From Octopus bimaculoides (lineage: Eukaryota): DNA of 33,525 bases. The notes under the pieces are model-generated. The model was not told the origin of the DNA. It did no database searches and saw only the letters and a list, made by a program, of their open reading frames with translations. Of this stretch, positions 1 through 12,526 are shown in pieces. The translations under genes were made by a program, and so were the position numbers. Location of the stretch: positions 16,553,860 to 16,587,384 of the forward strand of contig NC_069007.1 in NCBI RefSeq assembly GCF_001194135.2, written 5' to 3'. Position 1 is the first letter of the stretch. Every line of letters starts with the position of its first letter.

Positions 1-245
1 AGTCCCTGAATAAGGTTCGTTTAAGGATGTTGAACAAAACACCCATGTTTCCAAAGGTGAATTATCCAAATCCCAAAGAATTCCTCTCAGCACATAACCA
101 TGATGCTCCCCCACTACTTCTGCTCGTGATCAGAGATGCACATATCGTCAGCCACCAAGGGACATGCTCAACTGGTTATGGTCAAACAACTGACAAGCAA
201 ATCTGCGATATTCAGCAGAATATTTGCTGTAGCCCAACTTTTTAT
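1..245. mobile_element. Unclassified interspersed repeat, copy 1
   Basis: Aligns by eye with 17069-17272 (gtccctgaataagg...gaacaaaa(c/t)accc...aggtgaattat...ccaccaagggacatgctcaactggttatggtcaa...agcagaatatt). Confidence 0.7.
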
Positions 246-333
246 ACCAAGACAAAACTATGTACTGATTACACTTCCAATCAATTAAGATCAGAAGCCA
301 CGAGAGCCACTGCCTGGTACTGAATCCGGGCAT

Positions 334-773
334 TTATTATTGTTGTTGTTGTTGTTGTTGTTGTTGCTGTTGTTGTTGTTGTTGTTTTATGTTTGACTTA
401 TGCTTTGCATTTGTACAAGTTGGCTCCAAGTCTCGCCCAAAGACATCAAGAGACAAGTTAGAAGTTCATGTAGGTGTTATGCCTACGGTGCCATATATTT
501 GGTTTTGTACATAGTGTTGTTCTAGAGAATGTTTAAGAAACCATAAGAAAATTATGTGTTTGTTTTAAAATTTGAGATTACATAGACAGTATTTTACGTA
601 GGATACGGGCAGTTCCCATGAGCACTATCTTTTGAATTTCTGCCATTTTGGGTTTTCCTGGTATCTGAGCTAGGTAGGAATCATCCCCTTTTCCTATCAT
701 TCCTAGGGCACCTATGACAACAGGTATTGTTTTAGTCTTCAAGTCCCACATTTTACCAATTTCTATTTCAAGA
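334..773 (-). mobile_element. 5'-truncated R4/Dong-like non-LTR retrotransposon (restriction-like endonuclease C-terminus, 3' UTR and microsatellite tail)
   Basis: Minus frame 773-578 reads LEIEIGKMWDLKTKTIPVVIGALGMIGKG...IQKIVLMGTARILRKILSM*, the typical RLE C-terminus. About 200 nt of UTR follow, ending in (AAC)n(AAT)n. Confidence 0.75.
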
Positions 774-874
774 AGCCTATTGCAATATCATCCAATCTTA
801 CTAAACAGAAACCCACTCTTTCTACTTACATCTTCCTCGTTTTCCTTCTGTCTCTTTTACTCCTACCCCCTCCC

Positions 875-1303
875 CCACCACCACCACCACCACCACTTTC
901 ACCCTCCCTCAGTTATTCTTAAATTCTCCCTCCTCCTCTTCTTCTCCTCCTCTTCCTCCTCCTCCTCCTCCATCTCCCCTCTTGATTTTTTTTCATATTT
1001 CTTCTCTTCCACGTTCTCCTTTTCTTTTTCCATGTCGACTACCCTCTTCCTCTCCCTCCCCCTCATTCTTCCTCCTCCTCCTCCTCCCATTTATAGTCAT
1101 CAAACATGTCAGTAGTCATAGTTACCCTCCTCTCTTCTTTAATCTTTCGTCAATCTTCATCAATCATTTGATCATGTCTTTTCTGCAACGTCACACTCAC
1201 AAGTCAAACCTCCCATCTGCCTCCCCATCACCTCTTGCTCCTCTTCCTCCTCCTCCTCCTCCTCATCATCATCATCATCCTCATCCTTATCATCCTCATC
1301 CTT

Positions 1304-1341
<38 letters not shown>

Positions 1342-1461
1342 TCTCCGCTTCCACTACCGCCACCACCACCACTGCGACCACTACTACAACTTTGGGCCCT
1401 TTCTACTACCAACAACAACAACAACATCACTATCTCCAAGAACATTACCTCTGCTGTCATC
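875..1461. repeat. Mosaic trinucleotide low-complexity tract (CAC/CCT/CAT/AAC)n
   Basis: Direct reading of the sequence. Confidence 0.9.
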
Positions 1462-1712
1462 NNNNNNNNNNNNNNNNNNNNNNNNNNNNNNNNNNNNNNN
1501 NNNNNNNNNNNNNNNNNNNNNNNNNNNNNNNNNNNNNNNNNNNNNNNNNNNNNNNNNNNNNNNNNNNNNNNNNNNNNNNNNNNNNNNNNNNNNNNNNNNN
1601 NNNNNNNNNNNNNNNNNNNNNNNNNNNNNNNNNNNNNNNNNNNNNNNNNNNNNNNNNNNNNNNNNNNNNNNNNNNNNNNNNNNNNNNNNNNNNNNNNNNN
1701 NNNNNNNNNNNN

Positions 1713-1762
<50 letters not shown>

Positions 1763-1958
1763 CATACATATATGCATGCATACACAGAAACACACATACT
1801 ACACAGGCACATAAATGCATACAGATATAAGTGTAAGTATGGAAGGATGTAAGTATGTATGTGTTGTTGGTCTATGTATATATTACAACAACACGCCTTC
1901 TTAACTATTCTTCTGCTTTATATATGTATATGTACGCGTGTTTGTGTGCGCGTGTGCG

Positions 1959-1998
<40 letters not shown>

Positions 1999-2156
1999 GA
2001 AATACATAATGTTGAAAGGTATAAAAGAATTGAAGAATTTATATATACCACCTTCCTTTATCATTCTTCATGTGTGTGTGTGTGTGTGAGCCAAACCTCC
2101 TCGTCCTCGATATTGCAGTCTCTTTCTCTTTTTCTCTCTTTCTCTTTTTCTCTCTT

Positions 2157-2222
<66 letters not shown>

Positions 2223-3134
2223 TCACACTTCAACTCTCTCCTATATCTCTACTCTCTTTACAGTTGTTAAAGCAAAACGATTCTCAGAAGAATGTCTCTG
2301 AATCAAATTCAACATATGACCGCCTCTTTCTAGTCTCCCCCTACCACCACTCTCTCACTTTCTCTCTCTAACACTCCCTCTCTCCCACTACGTTTCTTGC
2401 ACACACACAAACGCACACACACACACACGCGCACACATACACAAGCATCCACACCCCTTTTTCTACTTTCACTTTCACAATCACACTATCAGCTCTCGCT
2501 CTGTCTCCTTCCTTGTCTCCTCGCTCACTCAGTCTCATCTTTACAGTTTATCTTTCATCTTCTACTCTCTATAACCCCTCCCTTCCTCCCTCCTTCTCTC
2601 TCTCTTAGTGTCTCCCTCACCCTTCCTCTTTGTTTTTCTTTGTTCCCTCAGCCGCTCTTAAATCGTTATATTCCTCCCATTACTCTCCTTGTCTCAGCAG
2701 CTCCTAAACTGTCGTTCACATATTATCACCGTTACACCTCCTAATCTCTCTTTCTCTTCCTCTCTCTGTCTTCTACTCTTTCTCTCTCACTCCCCCCTCT
2801 CTCTCTCTCTCTCTCTCATACATCTAATATTACCTCTACCTCTTCTTTCTATGCTCCCTTTCATTCATCTCTCACTCATACTATTTCTTACTAAAAATTA
2901 CTCCCTTTTTACACTCAGACACTCACACACACACATATGCACACACTTTCACACACACATACACACACACACTCTCTGTCTTTCTTCCTTTCCCCCCTCT
3001 CTCTCTCACTCTCTCTATACATCTCTTCCTCCGGTTCTCTCTGTCACTCACTCACTTTCTCTCTTTCTCTCAATGGTTGTTTCTCTTTCTATTTCTGTCA
3101 CATTTTCTCTTTCTCTCTCTCCCTCTCTGTCCCC

Positions 3135-3200
<66 letters not shown>
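1713..3200. repeat. Compound (TA)n/(TG)n/(CT)n/(CA)n microsatellite region
   Basis: Direct reading of the sequence; bounded by gaps. Confidence 0.9.
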
Positions 3201-3789
3201 NNNNNNNNNNNNNNNNNNNNNNNNNNNNNNNNNNNNNNNNNNNNNNNNNNNNNNNNNNNNNNNNNNNNNNNNNNNNNNNNNNNNNNNNNNNNNNNNNNNN
3301 NNNNNNNNNNNNNNNNNNNNNNNNNNNNNNNNNNNNNNNNNNNNNNNNNNNNNNNNNNNNNNNNNNNNNNNNNNNNNNNNNNNNNNNNNNNNNNNNNNNN
3401 NNNNNNNNNNNNNNNNNNNNNNNNNNNNNNNNNNNNNNNNNNNNNNNNNNNNNNNNNNNNNNNNNNNNNNNNNNNNNNNNNNNNNNNNNNNNNNNNNNNN
3501 NNNNNNNNNNNNNNNNNNNNNNNNNNNNNNNNNNNNNNNNNNNNNNNNNNNNNNNNNNNNNNNNNNNNNNNNNNNNNNNNNNNNNNNNNNNNNNNNNNNN
3601 NNNNNNNNNNNNNNNNNNNNNNNNNNNNNNNNNNNNNNNNNNNNNNNNNNNNNNNNNNNNNNNNNNNNNNNNNNNNNNNNNNNNNNNNNNNNNNNNNNNN
3701 NNNNNNNNNNNNNNNNNNNNNNNNNNNNNNNNNTTTTTCTTTTTTGTCTTCTAGTTTAATTTGAAAGAAAAATTATAGAAAAAAAAATC

Positions 3790-3972
3790 ATTTAAAAATT
3801 GAAGGAGGAAACACGAGTAAGAAAGAAAAAAAATAAGGAGAGAAAAGAAAGACGAAAGAAAAAGGAAGAAAAAGAAGAAAAAACTGAAAGAAAAGAACTG
3901 AGACTTAGAAAAACAAAAAAGAAGGAAAGAACAAGGGGAAAAAAAGCGGAAAAGAACTTTTACAATAACCGC

Positions 3973-4004
<32 letters not shown>

Positions 4005-4147
4005 CGATATCAACAGGAAGAACAAGGACAAGCAGCAACAGCAACAACAACAACAACAATTACAATGAGAACAACAGAAGCAGTTAAGATAATTTCTTTC
4101 ATTTTCTGGGAATGAAACAACAGTAGTTGTATTGTTTAATAATAATA

Positions 4148-4207
<60 letters not shown>

Positions 4208-4394
4208 ATGATGATGATGATGATGATAATCGACCGTTAAAAATTAAATAAAATTCGATAAATAATACACACACACACACGTGTATGTGTGAACGCCTTT
4301 TCATCTTTTATACACTGATATTATATATTTATATACACGCCTGCGCACATATATACTCAAATACATATACATACAAATACACACAAATTTAGAC

Positions 4395-4465
<71 letters not shown>

Positions 4466-4538
4466 TATATAAGTATATATAAGTATATATATCTATATAT
4501 GTCTATATATATCTATTTATTTATATATATATAAATAG

Positions 4539-4577
<39 letters not shown>

Positions 4578-4660
4578 ACATATATACATATACATATATA
4601 TATACATACATACATATATACATATACATATATATATACATACATACATATATACATATA
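3790..4660. repeat. Purine-rich tract, then (AAC)n, (ATT)n(GAT)n and long (TA)n/(TACA)n microsatellites
   Basis: Direct reading of the sequence. Confidence 0.9.
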
Positions 4661-5489
4661 TATCGTCAATGTATGCAGTATATTAGTCTATTGTAAAGTT
4701 ACGGACGTATTAACTATATGAAACAGAACAATTCTATTAACACCAACCCTAATACTAACACTAACAACAACAACAACAACAGAATGAGAAATCTTATATG
4801 TGGTTGCCGGCCCGCTAGAAATTGCAGTCAATATTCATCGATGCACATCATACTGTCTTTTAAAAAGATCTTTTAAAAAATACATTGGATGAATAAAATT
4901 CTTTGATATATTTTCTGAAATATAGACGTAATGGTTCCGACTGGATTGCTTTTCAACAAGTGAATCTCGATATTGTCACTGGACCAGTCAGAAATAACAT
5001 CCAAATCGACCTCTTTCTCATCTCTACATTAGAATTTTATAAGAAAAAAAGTCACATTGGATCATAGATATTCGGTTAAGAATTATAGTGAGAGGAAAGA
5101 AGAAAAAAAAAACAGAAGAAAAACTGGGTGGTTAAAGCTGGAAAATCTTTTGATCATTAGCTCAGTTGACTCAGAGCTCACCTGAGTCTATACAGTATCA
5201 ACAACACGACTGATAGCTTTATCAAGCATTCCCGTCATTGTTCACATAATCGTCTGCAAAAGGACTCAGGTATGACGTTTTCTCCACGTACGCATATATA
5301 TGCATAATACATACACACACATATACACACACACACATACACTCACACATGTTCTCTCTCTCCCCCTCTCTTTCTCTCTTCTCTTTCTCTCTCTTCCTTC
5401 CTTTCTTTCTTTCTTTCTTTCTTTCCCTCTCCTTTTTCCTCTATCTCTTTCGCTCCCTCCCCAAAATGGCAAGCGAAACCATTAAAGAA

Positions 5490-6080
5490 CTGAATAAAAT
5501 TGGTTAAAAACTGAAAAAAATTGAATGAAAACTGAATGAAAACTGAATGAAAATTGAATGAAAACTGAACAAAATTTAATAAATTTGAATGGAATATGAA
5601 TGACGTTTTTAAACATGAATTGTTTAAAATGAATAAAACTGGATAAACTTGGATAAAATTCAATAAAATGGAATAAAATTGAATGAAATTCATTAACAAC
5701 TGAAGAAAATTGAATGAATTTGAATAAAATAGAATTAAAATGAATAAAGTTGAATGAAAATTGAACAAAATTGAATAAAATGGAATAAAATAGAATTTAA
5801 AATGCTTGATATTGAATGAAACTGAATAAAACTTAACAAAATTGAATGAAATTGACTAAAATAGAAAAATACGAATAAAATTGAATGAAATTGACTAAAA
5901 CAGAAAAATATGAATAAAATTGAATGAAATTGACTAAAAGCTGAACAGTATTAAGTAAAATGGAATAAAAATTCAATGAAATTCAATGAAAACTTAATTG
6001 AATGAATTTGAATGAAAATTTGATGAAATTAAATAAAAAAACTAAATACAAACTGAATAACTGGATAAAACTCGAAGATC
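5490..6080. repeat. Degenerate (AATTGAATGA/GAATAAA)-type satellite-like tract
   Basis: About 590 bp of GAATG/GAATA/AAATT units, including a ~40-bp higher-order unit repeated about 2.5 times near 5838-5940. Confidence 0.85.
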
Positions 6081-6179
6081 AAATTAATTTGAAGCAAAAA
6101 CTAAAGAAAAATTATATTTTAAAGAAAATTTTTCGAAGAAAACCAAATTTTCATTAAAGATTATTTCCAAGTTGGAAAC

Positions 6180-6802
6180 AGAACTACTACTGACTTCATA
6201 ATTTACATTCAACACCACTACCACATCTACAACCACTACTACGCTATTCAGTACTACTACCACTGATACTATCACTGTTACTATCCCAACCATTAGCACT
6301 ACTAATATACTACCATCGCAACAATCATCACCATCACCACCACCACCACCATTAACGTCTTTACTAACTCATTTACTAACTCCTAACAACAACAACTACT
6401 ACTACTTCTACCGCTAATATTACTACCACCACCACTAATACCACCACTACAACTACTACTACTATTACTAAAAATACTCCACTGCTAGCACTACTACTAC
6501 TACTAAACTAAGAATACCACACTACCACAACAGGGGAAAGTGTGAAGGAGAGTGTCGGTGAGAAAATGCATGAGTGAACGTGTGTGAGTGTGAGTGTGAG
6601 TGTAAGTATGAGCGATTTACAAGGTAGAATATGAAAATGGAAAAATAGAAAAAGAAAAAGAAAGAAAAGAGAAAAGACACAGAGAAGAAAAGAAAGAAAG
6701 AAGAAGAGTGAAGGACGAAAAGAAGGAAAACCAAAGAAAGAACATTAATGTAAGTATTCACTTACTGTTAAATTGGGATTTTGGGTAAGGACTCTCTCTC
6801 TC

Positions 6803-6842
<40 letters not shown>

Positions 6843-6990
6843 TCTCACTCTCTCTCACTTTCCATCTCTTTCATCCTGTATATTTATTCATCTATGTGTG
6901 CGTGTGTGTGTAAATACATACATAAATACATACATATACACACATACACACAAATATATATATGTATGTATATGTGTATATATATATATG

Positions 6991-7044
<54 letters not shown>

Positions 7045-7480
7045 CATATATATGTGTGTGCGTGTGTATGTAAATAAATATATATATATATATAATATAT
7101 ATGCATACATATATATATGTATATATATACATATATATACATATATATATATACATATATATATATGTATATATATACATACATGTATATGTATGCATAT
7201 ATTATATATATATATATATTATATATATATACATATGCATATATATTATACATATATATAACACGCATATATATATTTTTATACATTATATGTATAATAT
7301 CAAATATATANNNNNNNNNNNNNNNNNNNNNNNNNNNNNNNNNNNNNNNNNNNNNNNNNNNNNNNNNNNNNNNNNNNNNNNNNNNNNNNNNNNNNNNNNN
7401 NNNNNNNNNNATATATATATATATATATATATATATATCCATACACATACACACACATATACATACATAGACTCTCTCAC
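6180..7480. repeat. (ACT/ACC)n mosaic, (CT)n and long (TA/TG/CA)n microsatellites
   Basis: Direct reading of the sequence. Confidence 0.9.
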
Positions 7481-7869
7481 ATGCACATGATGGTTATCTA
7501 ATTCTTTTTTAACTCGTAAGAATAATTATTCAGTTTAAATTATATACTTTACACTGAGTATTGAGAACTGTCATCCTCTTTCATTGACAAACTGTGATAT
7601 TTAAAAGTTTCTGTACATATTCACACAAATATTTAATGTAGATTTCCTATTTTTATAGGCCAGATATTCAGAGACTAACATATTAAATGGTGTTTATTTA
7701 ACCTATATAAATATATACATATAAATATGGATGTGTATGCATAATGAACAGTTCATTAAATACTGGAGCTTGCCTTAAAAGTTCAGGTTTCACATTGCAG
7801 AGTAGGAAGGACAGCTCAAGGAATTTGGCAAACCTTGTAATACTTCTAAGATTAAGTCATATAACTTAC

Positions 7870-7886
7870 TGAAGCAACAGTAAACT
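7870..7886 (-). CDS. Candidate 17-nt microexon (or a 51-nt version starting at 7920)
   Basis: tttgtttttcctatag|AGTTTACTGTTGCTTCA|gtaagt gives (E)FTVAS with a consensus donor. An alternative acceptor ttttatcctcag at 7920 gives a 51-nt phase 1-1 exon. Confidence 0.3.
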
Positions 7887-8084
7887 CTATAGGAAAAACA
7901 AATATGGGACAAACTTCCAACTGAGGATAAAAATAGCCTTGATCTTATCAGTGCTAGGGATATAAAAAGAAGAAGGGAAATAGCCCTGATAGAAATATCC
8001 CAAGTGTAGCTCTGCAGATAATTCTTTGTTTTTTTTTTTAAAAAAAAAAAGGATAAAGACCCTTCCCAAATTATATAGATTCAT

Positions 8085-8300
8085 AGGACTAGATTCCCGG
8101 TTTCTGTGACATATACATTCCTCCCATGACAGGATGCCAGTCTGTTGCAGGATTACTCATTTTTGCTAGCTGAATGGACTGAATCAATGTGAAATGAAGT
8201 ATTTTGCTCAAGAACACAACAGGTTGCCCAGCCTAGGAATCAAAACCACAATCTTATGATTATGAGTCCAACACCCGAACCACTAAGCCATGTGCCTCAA
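8085..8300 (-). mobile_element. tRNA-headed SINE of a third family
   Basis: Minus: gaggcacatggcttagtggttcgggtgttggactcataatcataagattgtggttttgattcc...ttgtgttcttgagcaaaatacttc...gactggcatcctgtc. Confidence 0.75.
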
Positions 8301-10294
8301 CAGTTCTTTGTTAAACTCGGTAAATTCTCAAACAATTTCTGCATCCAGATGATTCAGGATGAGAGAGTGTAGGGGATGCTACACAAGTTTCTCCGACTCA
8401 ACATCTTCTCACACACAACCTTGGGTCCAACACTTCTTGGAACACCAAACAAATGATAGGTCCTTTGCTTTGTGCCGGTCATACAAACACATACATCTGC
8501 AACAACAAAATATTATCACTTCCATCATTTCTTGCTTGCAAGGACTCATGGAAGATGTAGCGTTGACATGAACAGTCATGATACTATGGTTTCCACACAT
8601 GGCTGCATCCTTCATTGTTGAAGTTGTGGTCTTCATCAATCACTGATAGATTAGCACAGGACTTACAAGCTAGTGGACCTCATCTATCTATACAAACCTG
8701 TAGCATTTCTAAACAAAGTGGTGGACCAGGTCATAATTTTATATTAGCTTCTAGGACCTGCTTCTAAACTGGGTAGTGGATTTCAATGCAGTTTTAAATG
8801 AGCCCATGGCACCTACATACAAAGGCAGATGGATGGCTTTGCCAAGACTTTAGACCAGCATTTGGTACCTATTTACAAAGACGTGGTCTTGGCCAAAATT
8901 TTATACCAGCCAATGGTACCTACTTACAAATGGGTTTATTGACAGCTAAATCTACTGACCATGATGACCAATACAGCACCGAGACAAGACAGACTTCCCA
9001 AAGACATGCTGGTTATCCAGTAAACACACCAATTCTGTCCTCCATGCTTCCCATGAAGGAAAATAAAGAGAAAGAATTACAAAAAAGAAATCTGGAATAA
9101 AATCAATAGAGCATCTCACAATCAAAGAGGAAAATAAAATAAATCTTCAAAACAAGGTTTATGTGAGCCATGCTGACGGAAGAAGAAGAAGAAGAAGAAG
9201 GAATGAGAAAAGAAGACAAAACTATATTCTACATCTACCTCGGAGTACAACGTTGATAGGTACAGTAAGAGTGATTGTTATGTGGGTAGTGATGACAACT
9301 AAGGAAAGAAATAAGAACAACAACAACGACAACAACAACAATAATAATAATAATAATAATAATAGCTCTTTCAATTAAATTACAATAACAATAATAACAA
9401 TAGTCATACAAAGAAAATTTGAGGAATAAATATATCAAACACCCGCCATACAGGATGAAGAAAGAGTAACTAAGATGTCTACAGAGATAATGTAGGAAAA
9501 AGACATAGAAAAAGGATTGCTTGCATACACACACAATACATTATACATATATATATATATATATATATANNNNNNNNNNNNNNNNNNNNNNNNNNNNNNN
9601 NNNNNNNNNNNNNNNNNNNNNNNNNNNNNNNNNNNNNNNNNNNNNNNNNNNNNNNNNNNNNNNNNNNNNNNNNNNNNNNNNNNNNNNNNNNNNNNNNNNN
9701 NNNNNNNNNNNNNNNNNNNNNNNNNNNNNNNNNNNNNNNNNNNNNNNNNNNNNNNNNNNNNNNNNNNNNNNNNNNNNNNNNNNNNNNNNNNNNNNNNNNN
9801 NNNNNNNNNNNNNNNNNNNNNNNNNNNNNNNNNNNNNNNNNNNNNNNNNNNNNNNNNNNNNNNNNNNNNNNNNNNNNNNNNNNNNNNNNNNNNNNNNNNN
9901 NNNNNNNNNNNNNNNNNNNNNNNNNNNNNNNNNNNNNNNNNNNNNNNNNNNNNNNNNNNNNNNNNNNNNNNNNNNNNNNNNNNNNNNNNNNNNNNNNNNN
10001 NNNNNNNNNNNNNNNNNNNNNNNNNNNNNNNNNNNNNNNNNNNNNNNNNNNNNNNNNNNNNNNNNNNNNNNNNNNNNNNNNNNNNNNNNNNNNNNNNNNN
10101 NNNNNNNNNNNNNNNNNNNNNNNNNNNNNNNNNNNNNNNNNNNNNNNNNNNNNNNNNNNNNNNNNNNNNNNNNNNNNNNNNNNNNNNNNNNNNNNNNNNN
10201 NNNNNNNNNNNNNNNNNNNNNNNNNNNNNNNNNNNNNNNNNNNNNNNNNNNNNNNNNNNNNNNNNNNNNNNNNNNNNNNNNNNNNNNNNNNNTA

Positions 10295-10333
<39 letters not shown>

Positions 10334-10356
10334 TCAGCAAGGTGGAATGGTAGTAC

Positions 10357-10404
10357 CTGGGTCAGATCCAGTGGTCATTGCAGGACTAGTTAAGTCCTGC
10401 AGTC
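10357..10404 (-). CDS. Short coding exon (48 nt, phase 1-1) of the same gene
   Basis: Acceptor ttttctcatttactctacag|GA CTG CAG and donor GACCCAG|gtacta. Encodes (G)LQDLTSPAMTTGSDP; the other two frames contain stops. Confidence 0.7.
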
Positions 10405-10583
10405 CTGTAGAGTAAATGAGAAAATATATCAACAAAGTTAGCCCCTAAACGATAAATATATAAACAGTGATGGTGGTGATGATGATAATGACATAACAAT
10501 GGTGGTGATGATGATGACAATAATGGTTATGATGATGATGATGATGGTGGTGATGATTCACATCTACACCATGCCAAATATCT

Positions 10584-11819
10584 AAAGGCACAGTCGATTG
10601 AGTCAAACCCCAGTGTGCAGATGGCTTAATTCATTTTATCAACCCCAGGAGAACGAAAAGTAAAGCTGATCCACCACTAGAGTTTGAACCTGTACTATAA
10701 AAGGATGGAACTAAATTACCTAACAACAACAACAACAAAATAATAATAATAATAAGAAGAAGAAGAAGAATCGTGATTTCACATTTTGGTAGAAGGCCAG
10801 CAAGTTAAGGGAAGAGAAAATCAATTACATTAACCCCAGAACTCTATTGGTATTCATTTTATCAACCCCCAAAAGGACAAAAGGCAAATTCAACCTTGGT
10901 GGAATTTGAACTCAGAACGTGAAGATGGATGAAATGCATGTTAATGATTTTGTCAGCTCACTGCCTTAATAATAATAATAATCCTTTATACTACAGGCAC
11001 AAGGCCTGAACTTTTGCAGGGAGGGAGCTTCACTGGTATTTAATTTATCAACCCCGAAAGAATGAAAGGCAAAGTCGACCTAGGCAGAATTTGAACTCGG
11101 GACGTAGCGGCAGACGAAATACCACTAAGCATTTCGCCCAGTGTACTAATGACTCAGCCAGCTTACCACTTTAATGATAATAATTGTTTCAAATTTTGGC
11201 ACAAGGCCAGCAATTTTGAGCAGGTGGGGTCCCCAGTATTCAACTGGTACTTATTTTAACAACACCTGAAAGGATGACAGGCTGAGTCAACCTCAGTGGA
11301 ATTTCAACTCAGCATGCAAAGGCAGACAAAATGCCATGAAGCATTTTGCCCAACGTGCTAATGGTTCTGCCAACTTGCCACCTTAACAATAATAATAACC
11401 CTTTCTAATATAGGAACAAGGCCTGAAATTTGTGGGAGGGGGTTAAGTTGATTACATTGACCCCAGTACTCAACTGGTACTTAATCTATCAACCCCGAAA
11501 GGATGAAAGGCAAAGTTGACCTCGGCGGAATTTGAACTCAGAACATAAAGACAAGCGAAATACCGCTAAGCATTTCGCTTGGCTTGCTAACAATTCTGCC
11601 AGCTTGCCCCCTTAATAGTAATAATGATCCTTTTTACTGAAGGCACAAGGCCCCGAATTTGATGGGAGGGGACTAGTTGATTACATCAACTCCAGTGTTT
11701 CACTGCTACTTAATTTATCAACCACGAAATGACGAAAGGCAAAGTGACCTCAGCAGAATTTGAACTCAGAACACGAAGACAGATGAAATACTGCTGAACA
11801 ATTCTACCAGCTCACCACC

Positions 11820-11854
<35 letters not shown>

Positions 11855-12090
11855 CATAACAACAATAATGATAACCCTTTCTACATCAGGCACAAGGTTA
11901 GCAGCTTGGTGGGGAAATGGCAAGTTAATTACAATTACTTCAACATCAATACTTGACTGTTATTTCATTTTATCTCCTAGAAATGATGAAATTCAGCAAA
12001 GTTGACCCCTACAGGAATTAAACCCCAGAATGTAAAGAACCACAAAAAATATCCCAAGGTATTTTGACACAAAATACAATTCTGTCAATC
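10584..12090 (-). mobile_element. Head-to-tail array of seven tRNA-derived SINE copies separated by (AAT)n
   Basis: Copies at about 10584-10720, 10775-10967, 10981-11172, 11184-11384, 11398-11613, 11627-11821 and 11873-12090. Shared plus-strand core ttatcaacccc.aaagga.gaaaggcaaagtcgacct.ggcggaatttgaactcag (B-box-like GAGTTCAAATTCC on minus). Confidence 0.9.
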
Positions 12091-12144
12091 CAACAACGGA
12101 AAATAAAAAATGAATAAAATAGTTTCTGATAACTTAGACTTTGT

Positions 12145-12360
12145 GAAGGTGTGTGGTCAAGTGATTAGGGTGTGGCACTCATAATTATAAGATCAAGGTT
12201 TCGATTCCCAGACCAGGTGGTGTGTTGTGTTCTTGAGCAAAACAACACTTCATGTCATGTTGCCCCAGTTCACATATTTGTAAATGAGTTCCAGTAATAA
12301 CTGGGAAGATAATTGCATGACGGACCAGTGTCCCAGTCAATGAGTGGGGAGTTGTAATCT
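12145..12360 (+). mobile_element. Copy of the same third SINE family in the opposite orientation
   Basis: gaaggtgtgtggtcaagtgattagggtgtggcactcataattataagatcaaggtttcgattccc...ttgtgttcttgagcaaaac. Confidence 0.7.
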
Positions 12361-12476
12361 CAATTAAACTGGGTTAAATTCCCACCTAACAAGTCTTAGT
12401 GCTCATGACAGCTCAAGGTCAAAGCTTATACTTTAGTAGCACACAGTCAAAGTAGTAGAAGTAGTAGTAACAGTAC

Positions 12477-12526
12477 TGGTGGCGCTGGAGTTGGAGTTGG
12501 GTTTCCCCCAAACAAGAAAACTTTTG
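12477..12526 (-). CDS. Candidate exon encoding (A)KVFLFGGNPTPTPAPP
   Basis: Long AG-free pyrimidine tract ending gtgctaag|. The Pro/Thr content resembles the other exons. The donor CCA|gtactg is phase 0 and does not fit exon 10404; read-through stops at 12447-12449. Confidence 0.25.

Noticed and set aside
5155-5275. A-box-like TAGCTCAGTTG, a 7-bp hairpin gactcag/ctgagtc, a TGACTCA site and donor-like motifs on both strands
   Set aside because: There is no B-box or cloverleaf, the candidate minus exon has stops in all frames, and the short motifs are expected by chance.
8340-9050. Higher-complexity island with short ORFs (8359-8571 +, 8409-8639 -, 8798-9100 +), a VDFNAVL motif reminiscent of APE endonucleases, and a ~50-bp imperfect tandem duplication at about 8835-8935
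   Set aside because: All frames contain stops, there are no consistent splice sites, and the motif match is too weak. Probably a very old transposon remnant, but it cannot be classified by eye.
10584-12090. Superficial CRISPR-like repeat periodicity
   Set aside because: The units are ~200-bp diverged tRNA-SINEs in a eukaryotic intron, with no unique spacers and no cas genes.
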